Shown: piece after piece, positions 53,480-62,845 of the stretch | How the letters are laid out: the number at the start of each line of letters is the position of its first letter | How positions within the stretch are numbered: position 1 is the stretch's first letter | Source of the DNA: Massalongia carnosa | Lineage: Eukaryota | Direction of reading: 5' to 3' | Length of the DNA: 64,000 nucleotides | Assembly: GCA_965645245.1 (NCBI GenBank) | Contig: OZ287081.1 | Location: forward strand, 1,550,001-1,614,000 | The notes under the pieces: generated by a model | Database searches by the model: none | What the model saw: only the letters and a program-made list of their open reading frames with translations | Told to the model about the DNA's origin: nothing | Made by a program: the position numbers and the translations under genes

Positions 53480-53778
53480 CTATGACCCTTATCGGTGCCG
53501 TTACCTTCGCTTGCGCTGGGGGGGCTTTTAATTGGATGAATTGATTTGAATGCTTGAATTTGATTGGGCATGGGAACGACACAGGTCAGCCCGGGCAGGC
53601 CTAGGCACGTGACTCGGGGTCGGTGCTGAGGTGAGAACCTCATCTTCTAGGCCCGAGGCGTCTGCTGACGCTCAACGATCCGATAGATGATGCCCGACGG
53701 CAGTGCCCGACGGCGATGATCTAGATGGAGGTGCCCGGCGGCGCTCCGGATCGATGCCCTGGTTGACCTGTACGCCCA
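53480..53778. repeat. Split direct repeat B2 (299 bp)
   Basis: Identical by eye to 54010-54308. Confidence 0.95.
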
Positions 53779-53832
53779 TCGCTCACTTAAGGTGGCTTCT
53801 AACTAGCTATGAATCTCGGGTGGCCGAGGGTG

Positions 53833-54009
53833 GGGAAAAGCAGCAAGCACTGACAGCGAGGTAGGGGCACCGAGACAACGTGGGGTCGACGACGAGTCAG
53901 TGAGATGGATGAGGCCGAGTGAGAAGAAGTGGATGAGGAAAGAATTTTCAGAGGGTGATTCTTAATTTACTTTGACTCAGGGGCCTCACGTGACATAGAA
54001 CCATTTCAT
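53833..54009. repeat. Split direct repeat A2 (177 bp)
   Basis: Matches 58166-58342 with one difference (T54005 vs C58338). Confidence 0.95.
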
Positions 54010-54308
54010 CTATGACCCTTATCGGTGCCGTTACCTTCGCTTGCGCTGGGGGGGCTTTTAATTGGATGAATTGATTTGAATGCTTGAATTTGATTGGGCA
54101 TGGGAACGACACAGGTCAGCCCGGGCAGGCCTAGGCACGTGACTCGGGGTCGGTGCTGAGGTGAGAACCTCATCTTCTAGGCCCGAGGCGTCTGCTGACG
54201 CTCAACGATCCGATAGATGATGCCCGACGGCAGTGCCCGACGGCGATGATCTAGATGGAGGTGCCCGGCGGCGCTCCGGATCGATGCCCTGGTTGACCTG
54301 TACGCCCA
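54010..54308. repeat. Split direct repeat B1 (299 bp), contains the YR stop codon
   Basis: Identical by eye to 53480-53778. Confidence 0.95.
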
Positions 54309-55414
54309 ATGGAATGCCCAATTGAGTAGGGGTAGGAGTTTGTAGGATTCGTCTCGGCGACGACAGCACGTGGGACTGCTAGAGGGATGCCTTTTTGAAA
54401 ACTGAGGTTCAAATTGAATAGTGAGGCCTGGGACGTCTGAAAGTATAGCTGAAACGCGTTTGATGACCATCTTCCGAGTCTCTGAATACTCTCATCCAGC
54501 ATCCCGTGGTCGGCGGCGTGTTGTGCTGCTCCTTTTCTGAAGCTGTGTCCCGAGTATGCCGAGTCGTTGATGCCGACGGCTATCAGTCTCTTTTTCAGGG
54601 ATGCTATGACGGAGGCTCTGGTGAATGCGGTGCCGAGACGAAAAAGCGGGGATGTAGATGGCTGAGGATCATTTCTGAAAAGACGCCGTAGTGCTGTCAC
54701 GGGGCAAGTGCTCTCATTGGTCGCTGCCAGCACTATCTGAACTCCTGAGTGATTTGTGTCTGTTTTGCTTCTTTTGAGACGTAATGTCGCGTATTGATCG
54801 TTCTCGGCGAATGAGATGTCACCTCGTGTAGGTTTCAATCTCTGAAAAGATGTCTTCTTACGATCAGCGACAGTGTAGGTGATTTCCCCGAGTCTGAGGA
54901 ACCCTGCCCATGCAACTTTGAATGTCGCGTCGATGTTGAGGTCTTCGGCCGAATGAGCGGGAATACTGGTGATTTTTGTCAGTAATTCTTTTGAAATGGG
55001 TAGGCGTCTTCTTTTTGTCTGAGAAAAGATCCTTTTTCCCCCTTTCAGCATCAATTGAAGTCTCGGCCCCTCGAATGGGGTGAGGCCGTATCCTCGGTCT
55101 ACATGGTATGATCTGAGGCCGGCGAGGTAGCTCGCTGCCGTCTCTGGTTTTATCTTTCCCTGCTTGGGTGTGCCGCCCCCGTATAGTCGACCGGCTAGCC
55201 ATTCCTCGAGGGACTCGGTTGTTGCAGGCCACGACGTGCGTCCCGTCGTCGCGCAGAATGCCTCGTATGAGTCGATCGCCGTCCCGTACCCTTTTCTCGT
55301 GTCCGCCGAGTGTCCGTGCCAGACGAGACGTTTTACCAGGGCTGACCCTGGTGTGGAGGATAGGTAGGTGGAGGGAGGTTCATCGAATTGTATGGGTTCT
55401 GCCAATGAGGGCAA
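54251..55414 (-). CDS. Tyrosine recombinase of the Ngaro-type element (no N-terminal ATG)
   Basis: Catalytic set FLRLGE (R), RSKTD (K), GHSFRKG (HxxR), GRW, FQLY (Y). N-terminal binding domain YLAGLRSYH. Confidence 0.95.
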   Translation of the reverse strand: MPSLAEPIQFDEPPSTYLSSTPGSALVKRLVWHGHSADTRKGYGTAIDSYEAFCATTGRTSWPATTESLEEWLAGRLYGGGTPKQGKIKPETAASYLAGLRSYHVDRGYGLTPFEGPRLQLMLKGGKRIFSQTKRRRLPISKELLTKITSIPAHSAEDLNIDATFKVAWAGFLRLGEITYTVADRKKTSFQRLKPTRGDISFAENDQYATLRLKRSKTDTNHSGVQIVLAATNESTCPVTALRRLFRNDPQPSTSPLFRLGTAFTRASVIASLKKRLIAVGINDSAYSGHSFRKGAAQHAADHGMLDESIQRLGRWSSNAFQLYFQTSQASLFNLNLSFQKGIPLAVPRAVVAETNPTNSYPYSIGHSIGRTGQPGHRSGAPPGTSI

Positions 55415-57036
55415 AAGTTAGCCAATCTTTCATCATCAAAACGTGACAGGGCATCTGCTAGTCCATTGGAAGTGCCACTGATCCATTGACAACGTAGTAC
55501 GATGTCCCACTTTGCAGCTATGGACAGTATTTCTCGTAGAGGCGCGTTGGCCGGTCCCTTGAGGGTTAGATTCGTGAATCCTGTGTATGCTGTGTTGCTG
55601 TCGGTAAAGACAAGGATCTGTCGATGTCGCCATGTCGGCGCCCATTTCTGAAGGATTAGAAGGATAGCTTCGACTTCTCGGACGTTTATGCTCGGTGATC
55701 CTTCCTGATTGAGGACTAGGACTCGGGCCCTACATGCGTTTTTTTGATTCACGAGCTCGTTGTCTTGTTGAAAATAGCCTCCGAGACCCGTGAGGCATGC
55801 ATCCGTATGCACCTTGATCGTGTCTCGTGTTGACGTCTCGAAGAAGACAATACCGTTGAAGTCCACTAGAAGTTTGTTCCACCAGATGAGATCCTGTCTG
55901 ACCCATGTGGGAATTCTTCTTTTGACCCGACGATGACTGCCCGAGGGAAATGAGGCTATAAAATTCCAGAATAATCGTAAGAAGACTCGGCCCAATTTGA
56001 CTGCCTGTGCGCAGAAGCTTAGGAAGCCCGCTATTGACTGCATGTCGCCGAGGCTGATTGTCGTCTCGTTTAGTGCCTTTGTAGTGATGATTCTCGCTTT
56101 TTCCAGCTTGTCCGCTGGCAGACGAATAAGACTGTTGATGGTGTCGACCTCGAGTCCGAAGACTGTCGCTGTCGTTCCCTCGGCGTCTTTTGAGTCGTTT
56201 CTCGGGATGCCAAGAATGTCGGTGAGAATGTTGTAGGCTTTTGTTTCTTGGTGCAATCGTTCTGACGATGTCTCGGATGGGAAAATTGCAACGAAGTCGT
56301 CTAGATAGTGATGTAATCTCCATTGTAGAAAGGATTCCAAAATCCAATGAAAGCCTTCCGCAAAAATATTGAAGATGAACGGGGCCGTCGACAGTCCGAA
56401 CGAAAGGCATGTCTCGGTGTAGAATTCGTCATTCCATCCGAAACCCAGAAGCCATTGATGATGAGGTGCGACGGGAACGTTTCGAAAGGCGTCTTTGACG
56501 TCTCTTTTCACTATGACAGCACCTTTGCCCGCTGACAGAATCAATTGAATAATGTCGTCGAGTCTGGCGTATTGTAATTTGGATGCCTCTTCTGGAATGT
56601 TGTCGTTGACTGATGTTTGATTGGGATGAGACAGATGATGAATGCGTCGCCATCCTCCGTCATGTTTCGGGACCAAGCCGAGGGGGGAGGCCACAAATGG
56701 CTGACTCGGGGCGGCTATTCGTCTGACTCGGCCCTTCCTGAGGTCCTCTTGGAGCTTATTCTCGATCGTTTCCGGGTCCTCATTCGCTGATGTCAGATTT
56801 TTTTCGATCCGAAGGATGTCTGTGGGGCCTTCGTATCCGATTTGTACTCCGAAACGAAGGATCATGGGCAGATGGACTCGGAGGGGGCCCGGATACTCTT
56901 GAAGTAGAGTTGCCCATGCGGACGGTACGAGGGGAGATGGGCTGTCTTTCAAACGCTGACGAGATGCGTCTACGAGTTGAAACGAAGGGATTGTATTTGG
57001 TCTGATTGGTGCAGGTAAGCAGGGATGGGACGTCAT
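55333..57036 (-). CDS. Reverse transcriptase + RNase H of the Ngaro-type element
   Basis: RT motifs VPKHDGGWRRIHHLS, KRDVKDAFR, LSFGLSTAP, HYLDDF. RNase H motifs TDAC, EVEA, FTDS, ADALSR. Confidence 0.96.
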   Translation of the reverse strand: MTSHPCLPAPIRPNTIPSFQLVDASRQRLKDSPSPLVPSAWATLLQEYPGPLRVHLPMILRFGVQIGYEGPTDILRIEKNLTSANEDPETIENKLQEDLRKGRVRRIAAPSQPFVASPLGLVPKHDGGWRRIHHLSHPNQTSVNDNIPEEASKLQYARLDDIIQLILSAGKGAVIVKRDVKDAFRNVPVAPHHQWLLGFGWNDEFYTETCLSFGLSTAPFIFNIFAEGFHWILESFLQWRLHHYLDDFVAIFPSETSSERLHQETKAYNILTDILGIPRNDSKDAEGTTATVFGLEVDTINSLIRLPADKLEKARIITTKALNETTISLGDMQSIAGFLSFCAQAVKLGRVFLRLFWNFIASFPSGSHRRVKRRIPTWVRQDLIWWNKLLVDFNGIVFFETSTRDTIKVHTDACLTGLGGYFQQDNELVNQKNACRARVLVLNQEGSPSINVREVEAILLILQKWAPTWRHRQILVFTDSNTAYTGFTNLTLKGPANAPLREILSIAAKWDIVLRCQWISGTSNGLADALSRFDDERLANFCPHWQNPYNSMNLPPPTYPPHQGQPW

Positions 57037-57081
57037 GAATTCAGCTATTGAAGCTATTCTACTGCCTCCTGCACCAACCCC

Positions 57082-58095
57082 CTATTTCTTCGTTGGGCAT
57101 GTCTTCTGGCCATGCCCAGCCGCGCCGCACGATTTACATTTGTGCTGTCGGTAGCACGACGGCCAGGTGCAGGTGCCGCTGTTGTACTTGTCGCAGATTT
57201 CCCCCGCTGCCTTCTCGGCCCTATCGGCCCTGTCTCCTCTCGGGGTCGGTCGCCGGGACGGCGGGGATCGTGAGCGGCGACGGCGTAGGACTGTGAGGGG
57301 GGTGCAGAATCGAGCTTGGAATTCGTCGGGCATTTTCCATTGGGATGCGTCGGATGGCTGAGACGCGATGATGTGAGTGTGGGTTTCGATGGCGAGGGGG
57401 AGGACTGCTTCCTGCCACTCGTACACCTTGGCCAGCGTGAGGATTTTTCCGTGGAATGCCGACATGGTGGCGTGAAGCTGTTGACTCGATTTCCCGAAAA
57501 GACTGACCATGATCGAGGTGTAGTTGATGAAGCTCTCGGTCCAGACGTCATGAACTGTCTTTCCGAAATCTTTGTAGGTCCCGGATGCCTTTCTCAACCT
57601 CAAGGCGCCGTCTTCGATGCCGATGCGGTCCTGATCCTTGTAGGACTCGTATTGCATGCCGTGCATGTGTCGGAGGCGGGAGAGGTTGATGGCTTTGAAT
57701 TTATTTGAAAAGATCTTGATGATCTCGTCCTGTGGTAGGCCCGCGAAACGGGGTGCTATACTTCTTACTTCGAGAGGGATCTCACCTAGGTCCTCGTCGT
57801 CATCGCCGACGACACGACTCGGCTTGCCAGCAGGAATGACGGCCGCTATTCGGGCGTCAGATTCTCGGCGCATGCAGTCGATTTCTAGCTGCATTTTTTC
57901 CACCTCCTTCTCGGCGACCAATGCCTTGGACTCGGCAATTCTGGCCTCAGCCTCGGCCGCCTTCGCTTCTGCCTCGGCTTTCTTCTTTTGTAGGGCGAAG
58001 ATTTGATTGGACTGGGCCTGCGTCAATCCGACAATCTCCTGGGAGTCGGGGACTATGTCGTCCATCGGGGTGCTTTGGGAACGGGTGTTCGTCAT
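57082..58095 (-). CDS. Gag-like ORF1 of the Ngaro-type element (coiled coil + C-terminal zinc fingers)
   Basis: ATG at 58095, coiled coil KKAEAEAKAAEAEAR, C-terminal CDKYNSGTCTWPSCYRQHKCKSCGAAGHGQKTC (CCCH + CCHC). Confidence 0.9.
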   Translation of the reverse strand: MTNTRSQSTPMDDIVPDSQEIVGLTQAQSNQIFALQKKKAEAEAKAAEAEARIAESKALVAEKEVEKMQLEIDCMRRESDARIAAVIPAGKPSRVVGDDDEDLGEIPLEVRSIAPRFAGLPQDEIIKIFSNKFKAINLSRLRHMHGMQYESYKDQDRIGIEDGALRLRKASGTYKDFGKTVHDVWTESFINYTSIMVSLFGKSSQQLHATMSAFHGKILTLAKVYEWQEAVLPLAIETHTHIIASQPSDASQWKMPDEFQARFCTPLTVLRRRRSRSPPSRRPTPRGDRADRAEKAAGEICDKYNSGTCTWPSCYRQHKCKSCGAAGHGQKTCPTKK

Positions 58096-58165
58096 TGGGA
58101 AAAAGCACCGACAGCGAGGTAGGGGCACCGAGGACAACGTGAGGTCGACGACGAGTCAGTGAGAT

Positions 58166-58342
58166 GGGAAAAGCAGCAAGCACTGACAGCGAGGTAGGGG
58201 CACCGAGACAACGTGGGGTCGACGACGAGTCAGTGAGATGGATGAGGCCGAGTGAGAAGAAGTGGATGAGGAAAGAATTTTCAGAGGGTGATTCTTAATT
58301 TACTTTGACTCAGGGGCCTCACGTGACATAGAACCATCTCAT
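58166..58342. repeat. Split direct repeat A1 (177 bp), 5' end of the element
   Basis: Matches 53833-54009. Confidence 0.95.
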
Positions 58343-58642
58343 TTAGTTGTTGTTTAACCGTTTGATTATCGTAAGTAAACGATTGGCGTACTGTTAACTG
58401 TAATATGATACAATATTTCCGCTGAGGTACTTATTTTTAGCTAGCGTACCCTTTAGTTTGTAGATATTTGATAATCGTTTCTAGCTCTAACTCCATACCA
58501 TTGATTGGTGATGATCCCATTTTTTCTCTATGCCTCGCCTATTCCGTACGCCATACACCTTACCTGAACCCCTCCAGCTCCAGGGAGATTTTGTTGAATA
58601 TTCCGTAATCTTTGCCCTGTGAATTCAGCTTGCATCAACGTA

Positions 58643-60889
58643 TCAGAGTAGGGCTACCGTAGAACTCCTCGTATCTTCCTCCCAGAACAATTTCTTCAAT
58701 TTCCTCTCTTTTTCATTTTCCAAAAAGCGATCAAAGTCAGCGTCCTGAGGATCGAAGACCTTGCCTTGGTATACTTCGTGAGGAAGGAATGCGCACTTCT
58801 CTTCTTCCCCTGCAAGATATCTGCAAACATGCATGTGAAGGAAGATAGCGACTCGTTGATTCCCCTGCTCCGTTAGTCTCCATTTCGGCGGTGATGCGGT
58901 ATCATCTAGAAAAAAATCTTCGGTTTCATAAGATTCGTTTTCCGATTCAAGCCACCCAGAAGTATCAAGCCAGAAGACCGCCTTGTCCCCTTCGGCCCGA
59001 AGCTTGTTTACAACGTTTTGTGTAATATGCTCGAGCTCGCCTCGGAAAGGCCGCATAACAAAGATTGGTATGAATGCTGGTTTCACATTTGAGACATAAC
59101 CACGAGGCCCGAATTCTTGGCTGTGGACAACAGTTGGATGCTGAGGATAGGCCAGTGTGCGAATGCATTTGACCAGCGAAATGTACGTATTTTCAAAGCG
59201 TTCAAACAAATCCCAGGCCGACTTGTCGTATTCTGATGCATGGTTGTCAAAGGAGACAAGATCGGAGCTACCAATATTAAGAACCTGAAAGTCATTAGGT
59301 CTGTTGAATTGCCCATAGAATAGATGACGTACTATGACGTCCGGTATGTATGCATCGAACATCCATGGATGTTCGAAATGCTCTGTCCCAAAAGGGCCGC
59401 TATCCACCAATTAGTCTCTGCAGTCCAAAGTGCAAACTCAGTAAAAGATACTAAGAATTGGGTCACTAGCCTACGAAAGAAAACGTCCCCTATACCGCTT
59501 GGGTGGCCAACGCCCCCAATGCAGTTTTGTATGAGACACATACCATCAACACCAACATCAACATGGTCAGCTCCGAACATCTCGCCCAGCAAGTACTCCC
59601 AGCCCATTACTCCAGCAAGCAACCCATTGGCACCTCCGGTTCTGCTACCTTTATGCTGGCTTAGGAATGAACCAGGAGCATCGGTTATAATCTCCAGGAC
59701 TTTCTTTCGAGTTTCAGCAACAATTATGGTTTCAATTTCATCGCCATTTTTGGTCTTCGGCTCGGCCTCGTACTGGTCAGTGTTCTTGAGGAGGTCGTTG
59801 AGGCCTGTCCGATGTCTCTCACCGACCTGTTCGTTCTCCGCGCTAAGTGCGTCTTCATTTTCGTACTCTTCTCCAAGATGTGACCCTTCGACTCGTAGAA
59901 GCTTTCCGCCCTTGTTGAGCCAAAGACCTTCTAGTTCGAGTATTCCTTTTCCGTGGTCATCGGTCATCGGGGCTATTATGCGGATGTGGTGTTCTTCATC
60001 TACATTCAGATCCTTGCTGCAAATCGACACCAAAGCTGAAGCGTTGGGCATTACGATGTACTCTTCCTGGTCTATACGTGCCAATAGCGACACAGGGGGA
60101 GATGGCTTTCCTTTCGACGAAATTGGGCGAAACGGAACGTGAATTGCAGTGCTGGCTGGTATCGAGGTAGACCCTTTACTGGAGACTGCCTCCAAGGTTG
60201 CTGATGTTTGATCTGCTGCATTGTGTAGGGATAAGAACAAAGTTGTGGTATTCTTAACGACAATATCAAAATAAACCCCTAAACTCGGGAATCAGGTTGA
60301 GCTCGAAACAATAGCTATAACTCCAAGGATAACCCACCAGGAAATGTTCCGTCTTTACGCAACCGGTTTGGAGTAGCTGTCCAACGACCAACATACTGTT
60401 AGTCATTAGCAAGTGTCACCAAACGTTAGATAGATGACAAACGTGAATCTTTGGATTGGTTGCTGGAAAGAATCGCAGACCTCGCGTTCTCTCCTCCGGA
60501 AAGAACTCCCGGCCAAACCCAGCAGCGCCCACCCTGATAAGGTCCATCTCATCTCTACCGTCATTAAACCACCACAACATCAACGCCCCCAACATGAGCA
60601 AGAACCAAAGCGGCCTGCTGCTCAAGGCCCGTCCGAGCCGGATCCTAGTGCGGGCCCTGTAATCATTGGGTATGCGTTTTCGACGGGGGGTGAACTGCAC
60701 TGGACCTCCATAGGGTGTTGGCGGCGCTAGACCTGCTGAACGAAAAGGGGAGTAGGTTGCTTGGGTGGCGGGTGTAGAGAATGCATAGTGTCTGTTGCCA
60801 GGTTGATCGTTGTGGCGCGGCGATCCGTTCAGCTGTGTCATTGCTAAATGGACCTTCGGCCGGCCACGATGAGGCGGGGTTTGGATCAT
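58643..60889 (-). CDS. Membrane-anchored CE2/SGNH-hydrolase-like protein (multi-exon)
   Basis: TM segment, then NPKIH|YVGRWT..TFPG|VYFDI, LEIITD, LNIGSSD and LTEQGNQRVA, resembling carbohydrate esterase family 2 architecture. Catalytic residues look atypical. Confidence 0.65.
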
Positions 60890-61555
60890 GTTGCTCCAAA
60901 TTTCTCCACGTCGCCAATGTTCAGAAGTTCACTGCTGATAGAAGAAGATGTCTAGGAGCGGAAATGTCTAGATTACTAAGTTGAATCCATGGGAATATTC
61001 CCCAGGGAAGGATTCACGTAAGTATGTACCTACCTAGTCATGTTCTTTCCCTTTCGACACAGCGCGCGGAAGGTGCAAGCGAGGATGCGTTAGGGCAAGT
61101 GCAACTGATGTACTACATAGTAACTTAAGATATCTAAGAAATTTTTAGCTATGGGCACAGAGATTCAAAAGGCTGATACACAAGTGATCGCCTCTGTTGT
61201 CCTGCCTACTGTAGGTTACTCAATGCTCTTCTCTCCGCATTCCCCACATAGGATGAATAGGTGTACCTAGCCATCACAATTTCATCTTGTAGCCTCCACC
61301 AGACACCCGAATCCGCATCACCACAGTCATCACTACTCGACCGCTTGCAGAGTCGTATGTCCCACTTTCCTCCTATTACCCTCCCAGTTCCCCACAACAC
61401 ATACCTTCTCTCCCCCTCCCATCTTTCGCATAAACCCAAACCCCCCCCTTAATAATCCCCGCACGAATCTTCGCCCGCCCCCCGCCCCCCGCCCCCCCTT
61501 CAATCCCACCCTAAATATCCCTCCACCCCCTTTCCCACTCAAATCCCAACCCAGC

Positions 61556-62441
61556 TCACTCCGCAGCCCTCAAGGCCAAGAACACCCCCCACACGAAGCC
61601 GACCAGGCTCCCCACCAGCGTCCGCCGCTCCACCGGCACCACCGTAAAACAGAGCAAACTGACCGCCGGCCACAGTTTGTACCCCGCCAGCATCAGCGGC
61701 CACGTTTGCTACACCCAGCCCAAAAAGAAATCGACCCTTCAATTAGCGTTGTTTGACTCTCCTAATGATGATGATGATGATGAAAAACTTCCTTCCTTCT
61801 CTCCGGCCGCCGTTTGCACAGCCCGCGGAATACATGCAACACGTAGGAATGTGAGTGATCTTCAGCGCTACACCTGGAAATGGGAAGAAAACCTAGAGAA
61901 ACTAGAGAAACCATAGCAAAGCGAGCAAAGCAAAGCAAAGTAAAGCAAATAAATAAAACAAAAAAACACTTACCTCCCTAACCACCCTAACCGCCTCCCC
62001 CCACCCCGCCCCCCTCAGCAAGCGAACCCCCCCCAAAAAAGCCACTATATTCACGACCGCCCCGAGCGTCTGGTCCAGCCCGAGCTTGACCGCCGTGTTC
62101 CTCACATTCAGCCTCCCCCTTGTTTTCCCCCTCCCTTCCTTCTCCATCTTCATCATATTCAACTTCTTGTTCTTGTTTCTGGGCTTTTTTTCCCCCGCAT
62201 CGTCGTCGTCGTCGTCATCGTCAAGGTCAATGTCGAGGAGATCGGGCTTCTGGTGGTGGTGGCCGGGGAACAGGCGCTCGAGATTTTGCTGCCAGAGATA
62301 GTTGGGAGGCGTGGAGAGGAGGGTGAAGACTAGGAGGGGGAGGAGCGGGGGCGGCGTGGGCGTAAAGAGCGTGGCGAAGAGGCAGGAGCAAAGGGTTATG
62401 AGGGTGGATTGGAGGGTGGCGATTAGGATTGGAGAGGGCAT
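61556..62441 (-). CDS. Mpv17/PMP22 family membrane protein (2 exons)
   Basis: TPPNYLWQQNLE, KLGLDQTLGA, then exon 2 QTWPLMLAGYKLWPAVSLLCFTVVPVERRTLVGSLVGFVWGVFLAL. Confidence 0.88.
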
Positions 62442-62845
62442 TACTTATTTTGAGGGAGAAGGGCGTGTGAAAGGGGAGGATTGGGTTTAGGCGGTGGGAT
62501 GATGATGGGACTTTATTTTTATTTTGCACTTCTCAAACATCGTTACGTGAATTTACGCGGCAACCCAGGAGTTTTGCTTTTTCTCCAAGCGCCACCTGCG
62601 ACGACGGTTACAAAGCTACTTTAAGTTCCTTTTTTCGCGCTGTGTTGAACGTCGGTTTGTGAACAATTGGACTAAGTCGTGTCTGTGATCATTGAACATA
62701 TCCATAAACATGTGGTTTGTGTAAGTGTATAGCCAAGACTAAAATCTACAAAACAACACCTCTCTATACATCCCAGTTTAGACCAATCCAATGCATAATG
62801 AGTCGCCACGCAAGCCGTGCCAGGAGTAGAGGCTACCGGTAGCCC

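Larger units (their letters stand above)
53480..58342 (-). mobile_element. Full-length Ngaro-type tyrosine-recombinase retrotransposon with split direct repeats
   Basis: Order on the minus strand: A1(58342-58166), gag, RT/RH, YR, B1(54308-54010), A2(54009-53833), 54-bp spacer, B2(53778-53480). No TSD seen. Confidence 0.95.

Noticed and set aside
53480..54308. Possible hammerhead ribozyme in the split repeats (hairpin TGAGGT-GAGA-ACCTCA)
   Set aside because: I found no CUGANGA...GAAA core with the required stems on either strand.
55333..55420. -1 ribosomal frameshift from pol into YR
   Set aside because: The frame relation fits, but there is no XXXYYYZ slippery site in the overlap, and a splice acceptor explains it better.
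53400..58410. ATTACAGT/ACTGTAAT motifs on either side of the Ngaro-type element, suggesting insertion into a small inverted-repeat element
   Set aside because: The match is too short in AT-rich DNA, with no defined termini or TSD.
59324..60142. 272-aa plus-strand ORF and similar antisense ORFs (3859-4506, 47622-48122)
   Set aside because: Antisense shadows of well-supported genes.
61600..61620. Apparent frameshift in Mpv17/PMP22 exon 2
   Set aside because: Recounting the G run gives GTG GGG AGC, so the frame is intact.
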